64,000 nt of DNA from Candidatus Latescibacterota bacterium (GTDB taxonomy: Bacteria > Latescibacterota > UBA2968 > GCA-2709665), in the NCBI GenBank assembly GCA_963667175.2, contig CAXXXF010000006.1, forward strand, positions 544,001 to 608,000, read 5' to 3'. Position numbers and translations under genes: made by a program. Numbering within the stretch: position 1 is the first letter of the stretch; every line of letters begins with the position of its first letter. Under the pieces are notes generated by a model, which searched no databases, was not told the origin of the DNA, and was given only the letters and a program-made list of their open reading frames with translations. This document shows positions 41,738-51,500 of the stretch, piece by piece.

Positions 41738-43012
41738 ATGTCCATCTTTGAAAACGACGTACTGCAACGCCGGCAACAGCGAGCTTGCGGGGCCCTGGGA
41801 GACAACCCGCCAATCGTGCTCTTCGGCGCCGGAAAACCCGTTCACGTTCCGGGCGGGCAGGACCAGACCTACCCGTTCGTCCCCTACCCCGAATACTACT
41901 GGCTTACCGGCTCGCGGCGCTGGGGCGGCGTGCTTGCCTTCGATCCTCGGGAGGGCTGGACCCACTTCGTGCGGCCGGTTTCACAGAACGAACGACTGTG
42001 GGAGGGCGGCGGCGAGGCGGTCGAAGGCGAGGACGTCGCCGACCTGCCGGGCTGGTTGGAAAGACGTGGCGGACGCGCCGTGGCGGTCATCGGCGGGGCC
42101 GTCGAAAACGCCGAGAGCGACCCCCAGCTCGCCTCGCGCCTTCAATCGTCGCTGGACGGGGTCCGACGCCGGAAGGACGTCGCCGAAATCGAGCTGATGG
42201 AGAGGGCGGCCAAAGCGACCGCGGCCGGCCATGCGAGGGCCCGCGACGCCATCCAACCTGGCGTCAGCGAACGCCGCATCCGAATTGAACTCGAAGCAGC
42301 AATGTACCGGAACGGCGCAGACGACGTTGCCTTCGACACGATCGTCGGTGCCGGAACCCATGCGGCCGTGCTCCATTTCGAACCCGGCGCCCGGAAGGTA
42401 GAGCCGGACGACCTGGTCCTCATCGACGCAGGGGCGTCCATCGCCGGGTACGTGGCCGACGTTACCCGCACCTATCCCGCCGGGGACCGTTTCACGCCCA
42501 GGCAGCAGGCCATCTACGATCTCGTTCTTGCCGCCCAACTGAAAGCCATTTCCACCTGTCGGAAAAGCGTGGAATGGCACCAGGTACACCGCGCCGCGGC
42601 CGGTGTCATCGCCCTGGGGCTCCGGGACATGGGCATCCTCAATGGAACACCGGACGACCTCCTCGACAGCGGCGCCATTTCTCTCTTCCTGCCGCACGGC
42701 GTCGGCCACATGGTCGGCCTTGGCGTCCGTGACGTGGGCGGCCGGGCGGCCGGGCGCGAAGTCAGCGTCTATTGCGGCATCCGGATGCGCCTGGACCTGC
42801 CTCTGGAGGAGGACTTCGTGATGACTGTCGAGCCCGGGGTCTATTTCGTGCCCGCGTTGCTCGACGACCCCGATCGTCGCGAACGCTTCGGCGGAGTGGT
42901 CGACTGGGACACGCTGGAATCCTGGAGGACCGTCGGCGGCGTCCGTATCGAGGACAACGTGCTCATCACCGCCGCTGATCCCCGTATCCTGACGTCAGGG
43001 ATACCCAAGTGA
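41738..43012 (+). CDS. Xaa-Pro aminopeptidase (M24B)
   Basis: LIDAG, ADVTRT, PHGVGHMVGLGVRD, TVEPG, GVRIEDNV. Confidence 0.9.
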   Translation: MSIFENDVLQRRQQRACGALGDNPPIVLFGAGKPVHVPGGQDQTYPFVPYPEYYWLTGSRRWGGVLAFDPREGWTHFVRPVSQNERLWEGGGEAVEGEDVADLPGWLERRGGRAVAVIGGAVENAESDPQLASRLQSSLDGVRRRKDVAEIELMERAAKATAAGHARARDAIQPGVSERRIRIELEAAMYRNGADDVAFDTIVGAGTHAAVLHFEPGARKVEPDDLVLIDAGASIAGYVADVTRTYPAGDRFTPRQQAIYDLVLAAQLKAISTCRKSVEWHQVHRAAAGVIALGLRDMGILNGTPDDLLDSGAISLFLPHGVGHMVGLGVRDVGGRAAGREVSVYCGIRMRLDLPLEEDFVMTVEPGVYFVPALLDDPDRRERFGGVVDWDTLESWRTVGGVRIEDNVLITAADPRILTSGIPK

Positions 43013-43323
43013 TCCCAACGGACACCCGGGCGGTCATTTCGCGACGCTGGAAGCCGCGCTGGTGCTGGCGATGGTGATCCGTGAACCGGCTTCAACTCGT
43101 GCCGGGCCATCCCGTCGAACCTTCCATGGACGTGAAGACCAGGCCGCTCCACGGGATGCCGATGACGGTGCACCGGCGGGAAGCGGGTAGCGGGGAGACG
43201 GGAGAAGACGTCCTTGCCAGATTGGTTCTTCCTTTATGCCTCCGGTGAGAAATGAGACCGCACGGGGCGGACAATCTCTCCCGTCTAACGTCTACCCGTT
43301 CTACATGATCTTCATTACAATCC

Positions 43324-44028
43324 TCAAAGCGGGGCGAGACCGCAACGTCCCGGCCGCAGTCGCATGCCCGGCCGGATGGCCTGGAGTTCCCGGATCGACG
43401 AAATCGTGAAATCGGGCATCTCCGCGGCGCGCCGGGAGGTCTGAAACCGCGAAAACCCCTGCAAGACACGCATTGTCAGACAACCCTGAGACTTAGCAGG
43501 GCCGACGTCGTTATCGAGCCGGTCGCCAACCATCAATACGCCATCAGGGGCGCACCCCGCCCGAGAAATGGCCGCCTGGAATATCCTCGGATCGGGCTTG
43601 GAAAGGCCGAGTTCAGCGGAAGCGAGAACGATAGAAAAGTGGTCCCGAATGCCCCAATCGGAGAGCCGCTTCTCCGTACCTTCGGACTGGTTCGCAATGA
43701 CGCCAAGCCTGAACTTCGGCGAAAGCGTCTCGAGCATCTCCGGAACTCCGGGGTACAAGACTTCCCGTTCTTTCTCGTATCGACCGGCGCTCCCTGCGGC
43801 GCCACGCTGTTCCTCCGTCAGGTCGAGCCGCGCAAGCATGCCGCGAAACGGGCTCGGCGAAAAATCCGTCGCCGCCTGTTCGCACAATTCCATGAGTTCG
43901 TCGACTGACTGACGTTTGCCCAATCCGGCCAACCGATCACACACGCCCCTGAGACGCGCCCGGTGCGCCCGGGTTTCGTCCACCAGCGTCCAGCCCAGGT
44001 CCAGGAATATCCACTCGATGTTGGTCAT
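43324..44028 (-). CDS. HAD family hydrolase
   Basis: FLDLGWTLVD, KPDPRIF, MVGDRLDNDV. Confidence 0.88.
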   Translation of the reverse strand: MTNIEWIFLDLGWTLVDETRAHRARLRGVCDRLAGLGKRQSVDELMELCEQAATDFSPSPFRGMLARLDLTEEQRGAAGSAGRYEKEREVLYPGVPEMLETLSPKFRLGVIANQSEGTEKRLSDWGIRDHFSIVLASAELGLSKPDPRIFQAAISRAGCAPDGVLMVGDRLDNDVGPAKSQGCLTMRVLQGFSRFQTSRRAAEMPDFTISSIRELQAIRPGMRLRPGRCGLAPL

Positions 44029-44152
44029 GGGGGTGACAGGATGATGAGAAAGCGGCGCGACGGAAGGACTCGAAAGGCGTCAGTGGCGGGCGTTCGGACT
44101 CAGTATCCAACTTTAGTACGAATTTAACGTCTTTGAGACGGGATTTGTGCCG

Positions 44153-45658
44153 TCACGCGCTAACGCCGTACTTTCTCATCCAGTTCGTGAACGTCTGGTA
44201 GCTGGGAAGCCCCACGAGCCGGGCGGCTCGCGATTTGTTTCCTCCTGTCTCTTCCAGCGCCCGCGCAAGGTAGTGCCGCGCGACCGAGGCCAGCAGGGAT
44301 TGGAGGCTAAGGCCATCGCCGAGGGGGCGTTCAAGTATCTTGGCGTCGACCGAACTTACCGCGGGTAGAAGCGCTTCTTTCACGTCTCTAGCATCTATGG
44401 CGGGGCCGGGCGTCCAAAGCGCGGCGCGATGCAGGGTATTCAGCAATTCGCGGACATTACCCGGCCATGGGTGGGCCAGGAGGAAATTTCTTGCGCCTGG
44501 AGAGAGTCTCTTGTGTTCGAAACCCGGCTGATCGGCATTTTCGTCGTTGACCTGCTCGAGCAATCGGTCCACAAGAAGGTTCAGGTCACCCGTTCGATCC
44601 CGGAGAGCAGGCAGCTTCAAATCCGCCACGGCCAGGCGATAGAAGAGATCCTCCCGGAATCTTCCCGTTGCGACCTCTCCCGCCAGGCTCCTATTCGTCG
44701 CGGCGATGATCCTCACGTCGACCTCGCGATGGGCCGTCGCGCCGACGGGCAGAACCATTCCATCTTGCAGGATACGAAGAAACTTTACCTGTGAGGACGG
44801 GGCAAGTTCGCCGACCTCGTCAAGGAACAGGGTTCCCTTGTTGGCTGCCTCGAAATATCCGATCCTGGCTGCGTCCGCACCCGTGAAGGCACCCTTCTCG
44901 TGGCCAAATAGCTCGGATTCCGCCAATTCGGCCGGTATCGCCCCGCAGTTGACCGCCATGAAAGGGTGATCCCGGCGAAGACTCGCCCGATGGATCGCCC
45001 TCGCAAGCAGTTCCTTTCCCGTACCGGACTCGCCCTGTATGAGCACAGGCACAGACCGCGGCGCCACACGTCGGGCTCTCGCAATTACGCGCGCCATGGC
45101 GTCGCTCTGGTAGATGATATCGGCGAATTCCGGCACCTCGGGTGGAAGTCCGGCGGTCGCCTTCTCAAGACGCTCGTCGGGACCCCTGAGGAGGTTGGGG
45201 ATAAACTCGGCCGAGATATCAAACGGGACGGAGACCGTACGAACGCCATGTTTTGCTGACGACTCAATCAGCTCAGCGGGAAAACGCGTTTTTGCAAGGA
45301 GAATCCAGACGGCCGCCATGGCCGGGGTGCCGGGACTCAGGTGAAAGGTCAGGTCAGCATCATCACCGTGATCGCCAAGCGCCGCCGACACGACCCGAAC
45401 CGCGGCCTCGTAGATCTCGGCAAACTCAGTCGGTCCGGATAACGGCTCGCGGCGAACCGTTATCTCGGCCCGAGATCGCGATCGTAGCCACTCAAGAAAC
45501 GTCGCTACCTCGTCCTCAGGATAGTCGCTCAGGAGTACGGCAGCGTCGTACGAATGCGCGTCAAGCGCCTGGGCGACCGGCCCGATGCCCGCGTCCGCCT
45601 CATCACCTGGCGCGCGTAGATCCGCATGGCCGATCCAGCTGATCAGAATATTGTTCAT
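44153..45658 (-). CDS. RtcR-like sigma-54 enhancer-binding protein (CARF - AAA+ - Fis HTH)
   Basis: GESGTGKE, GAFTGA, LFLDEVGEL, FREDLFYRL, WPGNVREL, GNKSRAARLVGL. N-terminal 'ILISWIG..DL..FHLSPGTPAM' CARF-like. Confidence 0.9.
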   Translation of the reverse strand: MNNILISWIGHADLRAPGDEADAGIGPVAQALDAHSYDAAVLLSDYPEDEVATFLEWLRSRSRAEITVRREPLSGPTEFAEIYEAAVRVVSAALGDHGDDADLTFHLSPGTPAMAAVWILLAKTRFPAELIESSAKHGVRTVSVPFDISAEFIPNLLRGPDERLEKATAGLPPEVPEFADIIYQSDAMARVIARARRVAPRSVPVLIQGESGTGKELLARAIHRASLRRDHPFMAVNCGAIPAELAESELFGHEKGAFTGADAARIGYFEAANKGTLFLDEVGELAPSSQVKFLRILQDGMVLPVGATAHREVDVRIIAATNRSLAGEVATGRFREDLFYRLAVADLKLPALRDRTGDLNLLVDRLLEQVNDENADQPGFEHKRLSPGARNFLLAHPWPGNVRELLNTLHRAALWTPGPAIDARDVKEALLPAVSSVDAKILERPLGDGLSLQSLLASVARHYLARALEETGGNKSRAARLVGLPSYQTFTNWMRKYGVSA

Positions 45659-45671
45659 GAATAGTCAATAT

Positions 45672-45705
45672 ACAAGAAATATTGTTATATCATAATATTT
45701 CTTGT
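45672..45705. promoter_or_regulatory. tandem dyad operator immediately upstream of the activator gene
   Basis: ACAAgaaataTTGT-tatatc-ATAAtatttcTTGT, also a perfect 12-bp inverted repeat. Confidence 0.8.
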
Positions 45706-45929
45706 TCTTGTGGAGAAGAGTAATTTTGTTCCAACTTCAAGTAGCGTAGCTCTATCCAATCACATTAGAGCACGCGTTGCAAGCAAGCGCGAGTTGTCGA
45801 GTGGGAGTTTGCGTGGCAGGCGTCACCGCAACTCCAGATAGAACCCATCAGCGTTACAATTCTTAAGTTTTGCAGTCTATTATAATACCGACGTGCCGGG
45901 AACTCCGCTATTCGTGATCGACTTGGATT

Positions 45930-46739
45930 TTATTCTGGTTTCGTCCCGACAGCGCCGAGGACGTGATTGGGTAGATGTTCGATCTTCGTATCTACCTCTC
46001 CAGAAAGGAGATAATCGAGAGGCATATCACCGTGCCCAAACGCCCATAGAAAGAGTTCGGCTCCCAATGCCGAAGGTTGACAAATGATACCGTCGCCAGG
46101 GACAGCGCTTGCTAACTCCTGCAGAGATTTTTTGTCACCAAACTGCCATCGGTTTTCAATGAGATTATCCGAAAAAAGGCCATGCCATATGTGCGTCATA
46201 ATCTGTGGATTACTCCATTCGGCCCGCGTGAATCCCATTGACTCAGTGTAATTTTGGTATGGAAGGTACACCTCCATTTCAGCTCGATTTTCAGATAGAC
46301 CAAACTGCTTTCCCTTATCGGAGAAGAGGTGCGCAACCGTCGCATAAAGGAGATAGTGCGTTCTGACTTGATACGCCGAAAGTTCATCAACAATCTTGAC
46401 TAGCCTGGCACCGCGGTCATCACGGCCAACCTCGGTTCTTGAAGAAGCTAATACCCCACCAAAATACTCCAACGCAACGGGATCATCAGCGTATGAGCCT
46501 TCATTTACAATTCCCTTTAACACCTTTGGTGGTACCCGACCGGGAGATTCGATCCTATCGCCAAGTTTTCCGGCAGCATTTGAAAAGATGTAACGGACAT
46601 TCTCAATTCGGCGCTGTGCAAATGACTTCAGTTCGCCGCCCAAATAATCTGCTGTAGGTCCGAGAAGCTTATTGGTAAGATCCTTCCCCAGATAGGCAGC
46701 AATTACACTTACGCCGACTGTAGTAATTGGTTCCGACAT
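45930..46739 (-). CDS. Abi-alpha/DUF4393-like protein
   Basis: 'VPPKVLKGIVNEGSYADD...EYFGGVLASS...IVDELS' pattern. Lower GC, GGAG RBS. Confidence 0.55.
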   Translation of the reverse strand: MSEPITTVGVSVIAAYLGKDLTNKLLGPTADYLGGELKSFAQRRIENVRYIFSNAAGKLGDRIESPGRVPPKVLKGIVNEGSYADDPVALEYFGGVLASSRTEVGRDDRGARLVKIVDELSAYQVRTHYLLYATVAHLFSDKGKQFGLSENRAEMEVYLPYQNYTESMGFTRAEWSNPQIMTHIWHGLFSDNLIENRWQFGDKKSLQELASAVPGDGIICQPSALGAELFLWAFGHGDMPLDYLLSGEVDTKIEHLPNHVLGAVGTKPE

Positions 46740-46988
46740 GAGCGACTCCAGAATATTCACCGCAATGAAATTCTGCAAAGTACAACGCGGAAGATCGGTA
46801 GTAATCGTTAATTTGCCACGAATCGAGAATGGCGACTACAATCGTCTCGATACGATTTCGAACGTCCACAAAACCCGTCGGCGCAAGGTATTCCCTTTAC
46901 TATATCGATGGAGCGCCTCAAGTTCGCTTCGCGCACACTACTGTCATACGACGCTGTGTCATTGAAACATCCCAAGTTTGCGCGAAGA

Positions 46989-48590
46989 CTAAGGTCCTTT
47001 GTTGGGTTCTTCGTCTTCGACAGTTGCAGCATCGCTGGGCGCCGCTAGATCCCGCGCAAGGCTCTCGCATAGAGCGATGGCAGAGAGACAAAACGACGCT
47101 GCGAACGATGTTGACACGGTGATCCCTTGCCTATGCTGCCCAAAGTCACCAACAGATTGAATGTGGTCTGCGAGCAAATAGGTGGGTTTGGTCACGAAAC
47201 TTGCAACCGGGACGTTGTCCTCCGTGCCCGTGATGAGACGGAGAATGCTACACTGCTGCCCGCGTCGCTGAGGAAGAACGTCGAACTTTACGCCCACGAA
47301 CTTCCATTCTTGAGGAATAGACTCGCTGGATGGTAATTCGGCCTCCCAGATCAGATCCAGCGCATGGTTCGCGATGCTCCGAGCCCAAGTCGTGGATTGG
47401 GTCGGTTCAGGGTGCAGATCACGGATTGCCTTCTTCACGTAACCTAGAAAAATTGGATCCGACCCAGATACCTGATCAACACGGAGTTGGAGGAGGTCTC
47501 GAATGTTGTCATTAAATCGCTTTGCGTCACCAAATAGCCGCTTCAGATTCTCCACTTCGCTCGCTTGCTCTTGCGCATACTGACGCATAAAGCGACACGA
47601 CGATCTAAGCTTTCTCCCTGACGAAACAGCGAAGCCACGCTGCTTAAGGACCCGCATTCTCCCGTCCGGTATTTCGGATTGTGGAACGTCACGATTGGCG
47701 AGTTCTGCCAAGTCGGACCGAATCTCAACGTCGCAACCATCCCATAGAGCGTCCAGTAACCCATGTCTTTCTTCCAAAGTGGTCATTGCAACGTCGTCCA
47801 CGTGCGGTTTCGAAAGCGACGCCTCTTCGGGGGCTTCCAATAGTAGCCGCTCTGCAAGAGCAGCTGATAACGTCGGGACGCCCCCTGTCCAATTGGCGAA
47901 TTCCTTTCTGGCTGAGCCGTCAAGCTCGACGCCTCGCGATTCGAATGGCTTGAGGAAACCATCCCAGTCGTGTTCCTCGAAGCAACCGACATGCAGCGGC
48001 GTGTCGTAGAATATTTCCCAGAAATCCGACGTCCGGGACTCTTCGGTCTTGCAAAGCTCCCGGAGCCTGCTCCGGCTTCCCGTCACAACGCGGAGGCTGC
48101 TCATCTGGCAGAGCGTTCGCAGATTGTCCCATAGGTTTCTCGTTATGCGGCCTTCGGCGAGAAGGCGGTCGAACCCGTCGAGTACGGCTAGAATACGAAC
48201 TCCGCCGGTTTGCATTTCGCTAAAAACGAGATGTAGAAGATCGTGGAGGTCCTCGCCCTCCAAGTCCAAGTAATCTGCGAATTCAGGCTCTACCTTCTGC
48301 AGAACAATTTTGATGTGTTCCGTGAAACGTCGTCGGAACTCATCATCGGTCACCGGTGTGCCATGTCTGAGATCCCAATACAGCGACGTAGAGAAGTGCT
48401 CGCTTGGGCGCGCGAATTGCGTGGCAAGGTGATTCAGGAGGACGGACTTTCCAAACAAGGCAGGGCCGATGACGGACACGTGATCGGGGTTCGACTTGCT
48501 CAAGTGTCGGCATAACTCTTCAAATAGGCGTTCACGGCCGAGCATTGATGGGACATCAACGCCGAGGACTTGATAGGGAATGTCGCTCAT
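46989..48590 (-). CDS. STAND/AAA-like P-loop ATPase with atypical Walker motifs
   Basis: 'LGRE', GPALFGKS, AVLDGFD, TGGVP. ATGA overlap with the upstream gene. Confidence 0.75.
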   Translation of the reverse strand: MSDIPYQVLGVDVPSMLGRERLFEELCRHLSKSNPDHVSVIGPALFGKSVLLNHLATQFARPSEHFSTSLYWDLRHGTPVTDDEFRRRFTEHIKIVLQKVEPEFADYLDLEGEDLHDLLHLVFSEMQTGGVRILAVLDGFDRLLAEGRITRNLWDNLRTLCQMSSLRVVTGSRSRLRELCKTEESRTSDFWEIFYDTPLHVGCFEEHDWDGFLKPFESRGVELDGSARKEFANWTGGVPTLSAALAERLLLEAPEEASLSKPHVDDVAMTTLEERHGLLDALWDGCDVEIRSDLAELANRDVPQSEIPDGRMRVLKQRGFAVSSGRKLRSSCRFMRQYAQEQASEVENLKRLFGDAKRFNDNIRDLLQLRVDQVSGSDPIFLGYVKKAIRDLHPEPTQSTTWARSIANHALDLIWEAELPSSESIPQEWKFVGVKFDVLPQRRGQQCSILRLITGTEDNVPVASFVTKPTYLLADHIQSVGDFGQHRQGITVSTSFAASFCLSAIALCESLARDLAAPSDAATVEDEEPNKGP

Positions 48591-51500
48591 AGCTCATCCT
48601 CCGTCTTCTTGGAGCCGAAGCCCCGTCCAAGTCCAGCGCCGTAGCCATCCCCGTCTGAGAATCCGCCACCGTCGCCCTCGCCACGTCCGTAGCCATCGAC
48701 GATATCCGATTCTCCACGCTCCCGGACCGCCTGCCGGCGCTGATACTCGAAGTCGACGTTGTGTCCTATCCAGTTCGCCATCAAAGGAACCGCAAGCACG
48801 TAAGCAGAGCCTCGTGGCGACTCCCGGAGTTCAAGCAGTTCGAGTTCTCGCAGAAACTCGAGATCATCTCCCAGGCTCTCTTCACGCGGGATGGCAACGC
48901 CGCTCTCCTCGAGCTTCAGCTCAAGCAGGCTCAGCGTGATGGGATCCGGTCCATCCTCGAGTTTTCGACACAGCGCAAGAATAAAGCGCCTGCGCTCTGT
49001 GCGAGCGTAACCCCAGAGCGTGCGAAAGTGTTCGTTGTCCTTCGTCATATCTTCAGCACACGATTCTGCGGCGCCTACGGTCACCGTTCGTTCTTCGGTA
49101 TGGACGGCACGCTCGAATATCCGGTTGCACAGAGACTGGATCAAAAAGGGTTGTTGCGAACACAGGTCTACCACGCGGTCCCGCGCGTCGGGCACGTACG
49201 TGAGCCGCCCCTCCACCGGCCTTGTCACGAGCAGGCGGGCGTCCTCCAGCCGGATTTTGCTCACGGGGATCCGGTGACCGAACCCGAACAGCGCCGACCA
49301 GTATTCTTCCCGCAGTCTCTTGAGACGACGCGAGCCGGTCAGTATGGCTGAGAGATCCGGATACGCGTGCAGCATGTAGCGGATGTTCTCGGGTACCTGC
49401 GGACTTGTGATCCCCGAGTCGATGCCCTCCTGGAGTTTGTCGAACTCATCCAGCATCAGCAGAAGACGCCGCGGGCTGGCAGCCTCAAGAACCGCCTGTA
49501 TGTACAGCTCGAAGGCTTCGAATGGTCGCGGCCCGGCAAACGCGGTTGACAACGCCTTCGTGAACGCCACCTTGAAACGCTTGCTCGTGTCCGGGGGATC
49601 CATTTCCGGCAAACACACCCGGAGGCCCGCGTCGTCCATCGCCCACCCGACGTCGCGCGCCAGGAGTCTGAAGACCTCGTTGGTTTCCAGTCCGCGTTTG
49701 CTCTTGTGGCCCTGGCCGCCCTGGAGGGAGCAGTTCACGACGATCCAGCCCGGAAGCGCGTCGGGATCCTGAAGGTGTTTGAGAATCGACGTCTTTCCCG
49801 TCCGGCGGTTGCCTTCCAGAAGAATGACGTTCGCCCGGTCGCTTGTTGAGAATTGGCGCCGGATCCTATCGATGATATCCTGCCGGCCGTAGAACATCTC
49901 CTTTCGATCAATGGGGCTGCCCACGATGTACGGGCTTGCTCCGATATCGGGGACTTGGACGGCTTCGGAGGTGGAACGCACGTCTACCGCGAGCGGGAGT
50001 TCACCGGACACAGGCCGGCCGTCCATGCGTTCGGCTCGCCATCGGAGCATGAACGGGTAGAGACCGGTTGCGACGTCCGCCGGAATTCGCGCCGTAAAGC
50101 TGAACGGTCCATTCTCGGCAAGATAATCGACACGCCCCTCGCCAATCGACGGAAACGTCGACGCCCGGACGTTTCGCAGTGCAAGCGGCGAATGGTTCAT
50201 TAAACGGACCCGAACCTCGTTTTCCGCCCCCGCTACGACCGCGTCCGGTTCAATGCCCGGCGCCAATGTGACGTCATCCAATATTGCGTCCAACTCGGCC
50301 CGAACCAGCCGGGAGATCCTCCTGGTGAACGTTATCGCATGAGCGAATGTCTGCAGCAGGTTCTTTCTGACTGAAGGATCAGCGGAACTGCCCGAACTCC
50401 CCCACTCTCGTGTCGCATGTGCACCTGCCAAATGGGCATTTCCTATGCCTAAGATAACCGAATGGACTTTCTCAAGACGGTTCCAGGCTCCGTCTAGGAG
50501 CGCCATGCGCCCCGATCCGGGCGGCACGTGGTTCAGACCATGCAGTGACTTCAAGGCTTCCGCGAGATCCTTCAGCCATCTGTTAAATTGACTCACGTCG
50601 ACAATACACGAGCGAACGACCTGTTTTCGGAGCGACGAGGCGGCGTGAGCAATGCGTTCCAGGAGCTTGACCCGGTCCTCGGCCCGTACCGGTCTCCACA
50701 GCCTCCGTAGTTCGGGAGATCCATTCAGCCATGACCCAACCGGGTCTTTGCTGTTTGTGACCAGGATGCGTACGAGCGCGGCAAAGGGATCTTCTCTTTC
50801 GTCACCCATCTGCTTTAATAGTTGTTCCTGTATCGAAACCTGCGGCGCCGGTACGCGAAGGTTTTGTAGCGTTCGAGCAGGGAGATGCCGGATCGTTTCG
50901 CCTCGGGCGTGACCACGGATCCACTGTTGATATGCATCAGACGCAAGGACGCTCTTCAGATAAACCGGGGAGATTGATTTCCCGGGGCGTATCACGGTGA
51001 GACTCCTCGTCGCCACGGCGTCGACAATGCCGCTCTGCTGGGATACGACCGCCAACGTTCCGACGTTGCCGGACGTGGTGATGAGAACGTCGCCCGCGCG
51101 CAACCGGTGCTTTGACCGCACTCGCCTGGTACAGTTCTTCGTCAGGAAGAGAGACGGAGATTGTACTCCGTTGCGATTCACGTCCGCTGCGCGCACAAGG
51201 CCGGCGAATACCGATGGATCGTTCCGTCGCGAGGTGGTACCAGACTTGTCGTACGATACACCTGTAAAGATATCAGCCACCTCGTTGAGTGGGTGTACCG
51301 GGACCCCGGCGTCGCTCCCGAGAACCCGAAGGGAAATTGACAGGATTTTCTCATCGGTTCGCTTTGCAATGAGATCACCGCCCCTGTCGGCGAGTTCTTT
51401 GATGGGGGTCTCCCAGAGGTCCTCAATCGGGTGTTTCTGTTGGAGGTCGTCTGGTTCACCGGTCCGGAATTCCGCCGTGATCGCGCGCGCCGCCTCGACG

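Noticed and set aside
44030-44150. att site or tRNA at the island's left edge
   Set aside because: No tRNA fold, no matching direct repeat near 62 kb and no integrase seen.
46900-47010. Possible integron attC site (CCCAAC...TTGGG) after the ATPase gene
   Set aside because: No convincing GTTRRRY core or paired L boxes, no second site and no integrase.
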